64,000 nt of DNA, taken from positions 64,001-128,000 of the forward strand of contig CAWGMQ010000011.1 of NCBI GenBank assembly GCA_963823665.1. The letters are read 5' to 3'. A program made the translations under genes and the position numbers. The stretch is from an uncultured Planctomycetota bacterium (GTDB lineage: Bacteria > Planctomycetota > Planctomycetia > Isosphaerales > Isosphaeraceae). Each line of letters starts with the position of its first letter. The first letter of the stretch is position 1. This document shows positions 10,405 to 18,803 of this stretch, piece after piece. Below the pieces are notes generated by a model. It did not search any database and was not told the DNA's origin. It saw only the letters and a list, made by a program, of their open reading frames with translations.

Positions 10405-12558
10405 TTACTTCGCCGGAGGGGATTGCACCGTCTCGGGACCAGGCGCGAGCTCGGTGCCGAGGATCTTGCCGCTCTCTGTGTCAAATCGAATCCTGATGTC
10501 AACGCCCTTGCCGGACCAACTCACAACGATGAGCTTCCGGTCATCCGATTCCCGAACGGTCCATGTACCGGCGAGCGGGTAATCTGGCGGCGGATCGTTG
10601 CGCTTCGCCCTCCACGCTCCGCGGAAAAGACCGGGCTCGAGCGGATTGGGGAAGGTACTCCGCCAGACTTGCTCAGCCTGGTTGGTTTGCGCGCTCAGAA
10701 AGCACTGACCTTCCGTGCTCAGGATGTAGATGCGGTTCTCGCCTGTGGCGAACGTGAGCGACGGCTGGAGCCTCTTGACAGACCCCGAGGCCGGTGGATT
10801 CTCGTTCTTGAAGAAGCCTAATCCGGTCAGCCTCGAATAGTAGCGCGCGATTCTGTCGTCATCGTGCATTTTCTCAGGCGCGGCTCCATCGGCCGGTGCT
10901 TCGCGGCGAAAGGTGTAATCGATCGGCTTGCTCTTCTGAGCGGCCTGCGAATGGGGAGTGGATTGAGCTCCCGGCAAGCCGGCGCTTGCGCGTTCGGCAA
11001 CTCCACGGACATCGTGAGAAAGCAGCTTGCCGGTGTCTGCATCGAGCCGGAAGATGTGCTCATTGCCGGTTGCGGTCCATGTAAAGATGACCTGTTTCCG
11101 GTCGTCCGACTGCTGAAGTGCCCAGTGCCCTCCAGAAAGGCGGCCGGGAAGTGTGCCGAACCGGTACCCTCGCCAGATCACCCGTCCGTCCTTGTCACTT
11201 GCATCGAAGTGGATCGCCTGTTCCAAAGCAGCGGCGGTGTATTTGCGCACATCGCTTTCAAACGTTGCTGCTGTGTTATTCGCGACTGCCTTGTATTTGC
11301 GCCAGAGAGTAGTTTTCTCCCGCTGATCACGTTCGCCTTGCGCCGGCTTGGGTTCATCGGGTCGATCGGTGCGCTCAACCAGCGCGGCGAGCCTTTTCAA
11401 TTCCGCCTCGATCTGCTCCAGCCGTGCAGCGGTCGCGCCTCGATCCGGCTCAAGCTGTGCGGACTCGCCGGCCGGAGCCGCGGCGGGTTTCTGCGCGAAT
11501 GACCAGCCAGGAAGCGCCGCCAGGGCGAGCACACTCGCGGCGAAGATTCCTCGCATCGACATTTTGCCGGATACACGATCGGACAGAATCATGGAAAGTC
11601 TCCTTTCGAATGATGATGGTGACCCGGCGCTGATGCCCAGCACCGGGGCCGGCGCGCCACGGCGGAGGCCGGTCGATAACTCGAGCAATAACTCCGCGTA
11701 AGTTCGACGCCCATCCGGACACGCAGCCAGGGCGATCGCATCGCATGCGAGCTCGGCCGACTCGCGACATCGCCGGCGGACGAACCAGAAGAGCGGGTTC
11801 CACCACCAGACGAGACCGGCCAGCAGCTCGACCCATGACACGAGGTGATCGCCGCGGCGAACGTGAGCCAGCTCATGCGCGATGACCCCGCGTGCGTCAA
11901 CCACTGCCTGTCGACTCGACATCGCTTCCGGCCAGATGAGTCGTAGGCGCCCGAGGAACCATACGAAGGGCGACGCGATTCCCGCTGTCACAAGCGCCCG
12001 AGGAGGCCGCAGGCCGACTAGCCGGGCTACGGCTGCGATTTCGTCCGTGAGGTCTTGCGGCGGCGCGGCTGCTCGCCGCAGCAGCGCGGCATGACGCGCA
12101 ATGCGACGAGATTGCTTGATCACGCATCCGGCCGATCCGAGTAGCCACACCGCCCCGATCGCCCAGAGCGCCATGCGCGCGAGAATTCCGCTCCGCAAGG
12201 ATGAATGCGGTCGCACGAGCAGGGTGATGTCAATCGAATGGGAAGACCCATTCGAGCTTATAGTCCCGCCGGGATCCTTCGGCTCCTTGAAGCGATCGTC
12301 GTGCACGAAGGCCGAACGTGCGCCGGACGCCGGGTCGATCACAGCGGCCGCGGCCGGCTCACGTGACGGCCACACTCGTTCAATCGACCACGGCCACGAA
12401 ACGACCGGCGGCGTGATGAACTTGAACAACAGCACAACCCAGATCGCGTGCTGCACGGCGGGGCGGCTGCGGAAAAGCCGGCAGACCACCACCGCGAGTG
12501 GAGTCAAGACCACGATTGCAAGGGCGTTCTGAGCAAGCCACCAGAAGATCGTGGTCAT
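10405..12558 (-). CDS. BlaR1/MecR1-like M56 family metallopeptidase sensor-transducer
   Basis: N-terminal TM helices, SPFVWF, HELAH zinc motif, WWWNPLFW, ELACDAIA, FERRLSMI. The ATG at 12558 overlaps the blaI-like stop (ATGA). Confidence 0.9.
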   Translation of the reverse strand: MTTIFWWLAQNALAIVVLTPLAVVVCRLFRSRPAVQHAIWVVLLFKFITPPVVSWPWSIERVWPSREPAAAAVIDPASGARSAFVHDDRFKEPKDPGGTISSNGSSHSIDITLLVRPHSSLRSGILARMALWAIGAVWLLGSAGCVIKQSRRIARHAALLRRAAAPPQDLTDEIAAVARLVGLRPPRALVTAGIASPFVWFLGRLRLIWPEAMSSRQAVVDARGVIAHELAHVRRGDHLVSWVELLAGLVWWWNPLFWFVRRRCRESAELACDAIALAACPDGRRTYAELLLELSTGLRRGAPAPVLGISAGSPSSFERRLSMILSDRVSGKMSMRGIFAASVLALAALPGWSFAQKPAAAPAGESAQLEPDRGATAARLEQIEAELKRLAALVERTDRPDEPKPAQGERDQREKTTLWRKYKAVANNTAATFESDVRKYTAAALEQAIHFDASDKDGRVIWRGYRFGTLPGRLSGGHWALQQSDDRKQVIFTWTATGNEHIFRLDADTGKLLSHDVRGVAERASAGLPGAQSTPHSQAAQKSKPIDYTFRREAPADGAAPEKMHDDDRIARYYSRLTGLGFFKNENPPASGSVKRLQPSLTFATGENRIYILSTEGQCFLSAQTNQAEQVWRSTFPNPLEPGLFRGAWRAKRNDPPPDYPLAGTWTVRESDDRKLIVVSWSGKGVDIRIRFDTESGKILGTELAPGPETVQSPPAK

Positions 12559-12962
12559 CGCGGGCCTCGCTTTCCACGCTTCGCCTCGAGGTCGTCGATC
12601 ATCTGCCGAAATCTCGCGATTTCCCAAGGAGAGAACTGGTGCCGCTCGGCAAACGCGAGCACCAGTGGAAGTGCCTCGCCATCGCACAGTTCTCCCGCCA
12701 GGTCGTTCATCCGTGACCGGATCACGTCCTCACGCGAGACCAGGGCGCGAAAGACAAACGCAAAACGGCTCCTGTCGCTCTCGACGTATCCCTTCCGCTC
12801 GAGACGCTGCAACAGCGTGATCACGGTAGACCTCGTCCATTCCTGGCCTTGCTCCTCAAGCCGCCCGAGAACTTCTCGAACCGCGAGCGGACCGTGCTCC
12901 CAGAGCACCTTGAGCACTTGCAGCTCGGCATCACTCGTCGTGGGTCGACCTTCATCCGTCAT
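12555..12962 (-). CDS. BlaI/MecI/CopY family transcriptional repressor
   Basis: SDAELQVLKVLWEHGPLAVREV...WTRSTVITLLQRLERKGYV winged helix, 135 aa from ATG 12962, translationally coupled to the M56 gene. Confidence 0.92.
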   Translation of the reverse strand: MTDEGRPTTSDAELQVLKVLWEHGPLAVREVLGRLEEQGQEWTRSTVITLLQRLERKGYVESDRSRFAFVFRALVSREDVIRSRMNDLAGELCDGEALPLVLAFAERHQFSPWEIARFRQMIDDLEAKRGKRGPR

Positions 12963-12986
12963 CGTTTGCGGCCCCCATCCGATCCG

Positions 12987-13037
12987 TTTACACCGTGTCA
13001 ACAAATCGAATCTATCGACATGACGTAGACAAGTCAA
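12987..13037 (-). promoter_or_regulatory. Sigma70 promoter TTGACT-N17-TAGATT with two imperfect palindromic operators (probable BlaI autoregulation)
   Basis: Minus strand: -35 at 13037-13032, -10 at 13014-13009. Palindromes TCGACAtgaCGTAGA (13015-13029, in the spacer) and TTTACAccgTGTCAA (12987-13001, downstream of -10). Confidence 0.65.
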
Positions 13038-13133
13038 GAGCGACTGAAGAAAAGCGGTGGGCCGATCCTGGACACGGTGGTGAGAACGTGGGAAGTTTGA
13101 CGTTCGGATGCACCGAGGGGCCGGGAGACCGAA

Positions 13134-13928
13134 ATGGACGACGACACGGCAAGTGCACGACAACCCGATGCGCAGAACGCCTGCCTGGTGCTCCACGGCT
13201 TGGGCGGCGGGCCCTACGAGCTCGAGCCGCTCGTGGCGGCGCTCAAGGCAGACGGGATGCGCGTAGCGGCGCCGGTGATGCCGGGGCACGAGGGGCCGGG
13301 GCCTGTGATGCCGGCCTCCGGGTGGCGAGAATGGGCGGCCACGGTCGAAACGACGTTCGACGAGCTGGCCGCGGCCGGCACGCCGGTTTCCGTCGTCGGA
13401 TTTTCGACCGGCGCCACGCTGGCGTTGCATCTGGCTACGAAAAAGCCCGTCGCCTGCCAGGTGTTGCTCGCGCCGTTTCTGGAGATCCGGTACAGCGGGT
13501 TGATACCGGTCCGGCCGGAATTGTACCTTCGTGCGCTCGCCAGGTTTATCCCGAGCCTGCCTCGCCGCGGCCCGGCCGTCCGCGACCCGGAGATGCGACG
13601 CTGGGCTGCGGGTACGGACCGGTTCCGCACGTTCAACGTCCACGCCGCAATCAGCGCGCTCGATCTGATCGATACCGTCAAGCCGCTCGTGCCGGCGATC
13701 ACGGTTCCGACGCTCATCATCCAGGGCCGTCTCGACAGCGTGGTCGAGCCCGGCGGCGCATCGTGGCTCTACGAGCATCTGGGCGCGAGCGACAAGTCGC
13801 TCGTGGTGCTGCCGCGGTCCGACCACCTGGTATCACTCGACGGCGAGCGAGAGCGGGTGATCACGTTGACGCGAGAGTTTCTGCTGGCACACGGCGGGAC
13901 GGTTCCGGAATTGAGGACAGCGCGGTGA
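13134..13928 (+). CDS. Alpha/beta hydrolase (carboxylesterase-like)
   Basis: LVLHGLGG, PVMPGH, nucleophile elbow GFSTG, IQGRLDSVV (Asp), RSDHLV (His). Confidence 0.88.
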   Translation: MDDDTASARQPDAQNACLVLHGLGGGPYELEPLVAALKADGMRVAAPVMPGHEGPGPVMPASGWREWAATVETTFDELAAAGTPVSVVGFSTGATLALHLATKKPVACQVLLAPFLEIRYSGLIPVRPELYLRALARFIPSLPRRGPAVRDPEMRRWAAGTDRFRTFNVHAAISALDLIDTVKPLVPAITVPTLIIQGRLDSVVEPGGASWLYEHLGASDKSLVVLPRSDHLVSLDGERERVITLTREFLLAHGGTVPELRTAR

Positions 13929-13978
13929 TTCCGGGCAAGGGTTTGAGGATCGCCGCGCCAAAGTCGACGTTGCCAGGC

Positions 13979-15496
13979 TCAACGGTCGGCGCCAAGCTTG
14001 ACCGCGACGGACGATTTCTGTCGCGTGCGCGGGTTCACCACCACAAGCTTGAGCGTGGGCCCGCTCTTGCGCACCAGTTCATCCAGTTCCTTCGGATGCA
14101 GCACGGGTGATCCGTTGGCTTCGACGATGATGTCGCCGGGCTCGATCCCTGCGAGGGCGGCCGCGCTGCCGGGCTCGACCTCGGTCACCTTGACGGCCGG
14201 GTCGACGTCGTAAAACACGACCTCGGTAACGGCGCCCAGTCTTTTGCCGGCCCCGGTGGGAGCGGCGGGATCAGCCGGCGGGGGAGCCAGGTTGCCGGGC
14301 TCATCTCCGCCGAGCTTGACGTCGACGCGAGTGTCCTTGCCGGTCCGTGTGTCGCGAACGGTGAGCGACAGCGTGGCCCCGCTCTTTCGCACCACGGCGC
14401 TGAGCGCCTCTGCGCCGGTGATGGGCACACCGTTGGCGGCGACGATGATGTCACCCGGCTCGAGCCCGGCCTTCTGACCGGGGCTTTCGGGCTGTACACC
14501 GACGACCTTCATTGCGGTGCGCTGACCGATCGTGACCGGTTCGGCCGAGACCCCCAACGAGCGTGCCGGCGCTCGCGAATTCGGATTCGCCGCGTCGCCG
14601 GGGAGCACCGGCTTCTCGGGCTTATCGTCCGGCACAGGCAGTCTTCCCGGTGACGCCTGGCCCGCCGGAACGGGAAGATCGACCGGTACGCGTACGGTCT
14701 TGCCGGTGTTCACGTCCAGGAGGACAAGATTGACTCGCCCGCCTCGCTGCGAGAGTGCTTCGAGCTGCTCGAGTCCGGTGAGGGCCTTGTCATTCGCGCC
14801 GATGATGATGTCACCGGGCTCGAGCCCGGCGTGCTGCGAGGCTCCTCCACGCTCCACGCTCGAGACGCGAATGATGAACTTGCCTTGCACTGTCTTCGCT
14901 TCGCCAGTCAGTCCGAGGGCCTGGAGCACCGCCCTGCCGTCTCGCGCCCCGCCGGGACCGGACCCCGAGCCGACCGATCCAGGTGCCCGTTCAATGGCAG
15001 GAGGCGAGGCGTCTGCCGCGCCGGCGGCGGCCAGGTCTCGCGCGGTCAATTCGAACCAGTCGCTTCCCGCGCCTTCCCAGCCGCCGTTTGCCTTGGGGCG
15101 GAGATAAGCACGCACCTGGGATCGCTCGGCCGGCACCACTTGAGCGATCGCGGGGCGAGGCTGCGGCTGGCCCGTGCCCTGCCCTCCCAGGCTAAGTGCC
15201 GTGCTCTGCGGCTGCGACGCGTGGACGTACACCATGTCTCCCGGCGCGGGCACTGTCACACGCGCGGGCGTTCGTGGCGCTCGCAGCGATTCGGAACGCT
15301 TCACCTCGATCTGGACGATGTAATCGACCCGGTCGCGCCGCGGGCTCTGGAAGACCTCGCGTACGATCCCATCGACTGAGAGCACGGCTTCATCTTTTGT
15401 CACCGGCGCTCGATCCTGTGCCCGCGTGCAATCGGGTTCGCTCACGAGGATGGCCAAGACCATTGATCCGTGCACCCACAGTCGGGAAGGCATCAT
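13979..15496 (-). CDS. Exported protein with three PDZ domains
   Basis: Three copies of V..V..GS/G.A..AGLEPGDII..ANG. Signal-peptide-like N-terminus, GAGAGGG SD. No trypsin domain seen. Confidence 0.85.
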   Translation of the reverse strand: MMPSRLWVHGSMVLAILVSEPDCTRAQDRAPVTKDEAVLSVDGIVREVFQSPRRDRVDYIVQIEVKRSESLRAPRTPARVTVPAPGDMVYVHASQPQSTALSLGGQGTGQPQPRPAIAQVVPAERSQVRAYLRPKANGGWEGAGSDWFELTARDLAAAGAADASPPAIERAPGSVGSGSGPGGARDGRAVLQALGLTGEAKTVQGKFIIRVSSVERGGASQHAGLEPGDIIIGANDKALTGLEQLEALSQRGGRVNLVLLDVNTGKTVRVPVDLPVPAGQASPGRLPVPDDKPEKPVLPGDAANPNSRAPARSLGVSAEPVTIGQRTAMKVVGVQPESPGQKAGLEPGDIIVAANGVPITGAEALSAVVRKSGATLSLTVRDTRTGKDTRVDVKLGGDEPGNLAPPPADPAAPTGAGKRLGAVTEVVFYDVDPAVKVTEVEPGSAAALAGIEPGDIIVEANGSPVLHPKELDELVRKSGPTLKLVVVNPRTRQKSSVAVKLGADR

Positions 15497-15809
15497 GGCG
15501 TACCCCTCTCGAGCAAACGACGTTGAAGCGGGCGGGTTTGCCCGCACTTGATATGCGCACCCATCATGATAGAGAGCCCGAAGCGCTCAAGACAAGCACC
15601 GCATGGAGTGGTGGCGCGGCGAGGTTCGCTCATGACGACTATCGCGACTCTGACGCCTCCCCTCCATGGGAAACTGTACGGATTGATTCAGGCTTGCCAA
15701 ACGAATCGAACGGCGCGCGAGGAATCCTCGTGTATCATTGTCATTGCGAGCTGATGAGTCCGATTATTCCGGGGGAGAGGAATGCCAATCAGATCGTGGG
15801 AGGAACGCG

Positions 15810-16211
15810 ATGCAAGGCGCCATTGTGATGCTGTTGGCCCTGACTGGTCTGGGTTGCCAGAACAAGCCGGTCGACTCGACTGATCTGCCAGCCGTATTGA
15901 CGCCCGCTCCCGCGACCCCGTCGCCCGAGGCACCCGCCGCGGCGACGACCGCAATCCCGTCGCCCGAGACTCAGGCCGCGGCAACGACCGCGAGCCCATC
16001 GCCCGAAACATCCGCCGCGACAACGACCGCGACCCCGCCGCCGTATCCTCGTTATTTTCCTGAGACCTACCCCGACATCGAGGAATTGTACAGCACTCAT
16101 CTCGGCAGCCTGTACGCCACGTTTTACAGCTTCGTGTTCGGGCACGACCCGGGCATCCCCAGTGCGCGCGAGATCGAGGCTTCGGTGTTGGGGAACGAAG
16201 GCAGTCCGTGA
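15810..16211 (+). CDS. Small putative lipoprotein with Thr/Ala/Pro-rich repeats
   Basis: MQGAIVMLLALTGLGC lipobox-like signal, GGGAGGA SD, three 13-aa repeats. Confidence 0.65.
   Translation: MQGAIVMLLALTGLGCQNKPVDSTDLPAVLTPAPATPSPEAPAAATTAIPSPETQAAATTASPSPETSAATTTATPPPYPRYFPETYPDIEELYSTHLGSLYATFYSFVFGHDPGIPSAREIEASVLGNEGSP
15912..16043 (+). repeat. 39-bp coding tandem repeat, about 3.4 copies
   Basis: Units start at 15912, 15951, 15990 and 16029 (consensus GC.A.CCC.TCGCCCGA......GCCGCG.C.ACGACC). Confidence 0.85.
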
Positions 16212-16459
16212 CGAATTCGCGCGTTGCACGGGTTGCAACGACAGTGAGATCGTAATCGAGCGATCATGCAATTCGTTCGAGCGGCCATGCCGCGGGCGAT
16301 GCCGCCCGCAGCGCGCATGAGCAACCGCCCGCGTTTCGCTTGCGTGGCACGGTGAATAAACGCCGAAAGCGATGCGTCCATTCACCGGGGACTGTAGTAC
16401 CCCGACCCGCGGGCGCGTTGTGATTCGAGTGGGCGTGCTTTCTTTTGTGAGGATCGAGA

Positions 16460-18647
16460 ATGAGCGCCACTTTCTTGCTGGCGGGTGCTCTGGCATGCGC
16501 CCGGCTGGTCGCCTCCGCGGAACAGGTTGCCCAGACACCCGAGGGAAACAGCCAGCCGCAAGCTGAAGCCGGGCCTGCGATTCGTCCGGCCGCGAGCAAA
16601 ATCACTGACGTCACGATCTATCAGGGCCGGGCGCTCGTCACGCGTGAAGTGACCGTACCCGAAGGCAACGGAACTCTCGAGCTGCTGGTCTCGCCTCTGC
16701 CCCCTCAGGTCGAAGATGCGTCGCTTTACGCCGAGGGTACCGACGGAGTGCGTGTGCTCAGCACGCGATTCCGTACGCGCGCCGTCACGACGGACACGCG
16801 AGAGGAGGTACGCGCAAAGCAAGAGCTCGTGAGCAAGCTTCAGACCGATGCAAAACGGCTGGAAAGAGAAGTCAAACTGCAGCAGGTTGACTTGAAGTTT
16901 CTCGACAAGCTCGGCGGATTCACGGGCACAGCGCTCGCCGGGCTCGCGGACAAGGGCCGGATCGAGAGCGAGCCGATCATCGCGCTCAGCAAGTTCATCA
17001 TGGAAAACCGAAGCGTGAAGACCAAGGCGGAGGTTGAGCTACAGCGGCAGCTCGAGGCGAACAACGAGACGGCCGAATTCACGGAGCGACAACTTACCGA
17101 GCTCTCCGCCGGCAAGAGCCGGGTCGAGCGGGATGCCGTGATCGTTGTCCTCAAGTCGCGGAATCAGCCGTCGACCGTACGGCTGGGATACCTCGTGACG
17201 GCCGCGAATTGGGTACCTCATTATCGCCTGCGCGGCGGCGGCGCCGATGCTCCCGTGCGGTTCGAATACCTCGCGTCGGTCGTGCAACAGACCGGCGAGA
17301 CCTGGTCGGGGGTGCGCGTGACGCTGTCAACCGCGCGGCCGTCGCTCGACGCCGCGCCGCCGGACTTGATTCCGCTCAAACTGGCCGTGGCTGGAGGCGG
17401 TAACACAGGGCCTACGGACGCACACGATGATCGATCCCAGAAGGTCTTGACCGAGCTGAACAAGCCACTCTCGATGTCGTTCAACGAGGAGACTCCTCTC
17501 GAGGATGTGCTCAAGTACGTCAAGCACAGCACCGCCGGTTCGGCTTTTCCCAATGGACTGCCGATGTACCTCGACCCGGTTGGGCTCCGCGAAGCTGATA
17601 AAACCGTGGCTTCCACCGTGAGGAACGTCGATCTCGAGGGAATTCCGCTCAAGACCACCCTGAAAATGATCTTGAACCAGATTGACCTGACCTACGTGGT
17701 GAAAGACGGCGTTTTGACGATCACGTCGAACGAGTCAGCAGGTCGGGACGAGAATGAAGATCTCGATCGCGTCACGCTGACGGACGACTCGGCGGCGATC
17801 GGACCAGCACGCGATGAAGCATCGGGCTCCGGGGCCGCGAAGCTCAACCTGGCCGCCGCGAGTGATCAGGCGAGCGAGCTCAAAATCGGCAGCGGACAGG
17901 GTGCGGACTCGAGCGCGGCGGAGACGCTCGGTTCCAAGCGTGACCTTCGCGATCGCGGGCAGGCTCGATCTACCCTCTCGCAAAGACCCGCAATTGCTCG
18001 AAGTCGTCCGACTGGAGATGCCGGCAGAGTATTACGCGAAGGCGGTACCCGTGATGACACCGCGGGTCTATCGCCTGGCGAAGCTTACGAACAAGAGCGA
18101 CGTCGTGTTGCTGCCCGGCGAGGCGACCGTTTATGTGGGCACCGATTTCGTCGGCCGGATGCGCTTGCCCCTCGTGGCCGCGGGCGAACCGTTCGTCGCT
18201 GGATTTGGAGTCGATCCGCAGGTTCAGGTCAGTCGTCGGCTGGTGCACAAGTCTCGATCGGTACAGGGCGCCAATCAGCTTTTCGACTACGAGTTCCGGA
18301 TCGGGCTGCGCAACTATCGAGCCAGCGCAGTCAAAGTACAGCTCTGGGACCGCCTGCCTAAGCCTGAAGGCGAGGCCGTGGCCGTCAACCTGGTCAAGAC
18401 GTCGCTCGACCTGAGCAAGGACGTGAGCTACCTCCGGACTGCACGAATGGACAATCTGCTCCTCTGGGACATCCAGGTGCCGCCGGGCACCATCGGCGAG
18501 AAGACGATGTACTTGAACTATGAATTCCGGATGGAATATGCCCGCGACCTTCCCCAGCCGAAGTTCGTCTCCGGCGGACTACGCGAAGGCCCGATCGGCG
18601 GGGGTGCAATCGCGGGCATGGGGGGCATGGGTGGAGGAATGAAGTAG
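16460..18647 (+). CDS. DUF4140/DUF4139 (MuiA-like) protein with inserted STN-like domain; frameshift near 17935
   Basis: SKITDVTIYQGRALVTREV, coiled coil, LGYLVTAANWVPHYRLR, QQTGETWSGVRVTLSTARP. The C-terminal YYAKAVP...LLPGEATVYVG...FGVDPQV lies in the shifted frame. Confidence 0.85.
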
Positions 18648-18715
18648 CACCTTCTGCTACCGACGCACTGGCAATTTGGGTCAAGCAGGAAAACCAGCGA
18701 ATTCGTCCGGTCGAG

Positions 18716-18746
18716 TGTAAGATCGCGCTCGCCGCGCCGTTATACT
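18716..18746 (+). promoter_or_regulatory. Possible promoter upstream of the kinase (ECF-like TGTAAG-N16-CGTTAT, overlapping TATACT)
   Basis: Motif read directly from the sequence; the assignment is inference from general ECF promoter patterns. Confidence 0.3.
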
Positions 18747-18803
18747 CTGCGAATGGCGGATTCATGCGCCGGTCTGGACGAATTCCACCCGAGTTGAGAT
18801 CGC

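Noticed and set aside
12963..13826. Upstream extension of ORF 12555..13826
   Set aside because: Overlaps the esterase on the opposite strand; the BlaI domain begins at 12962 after a clear promoter.
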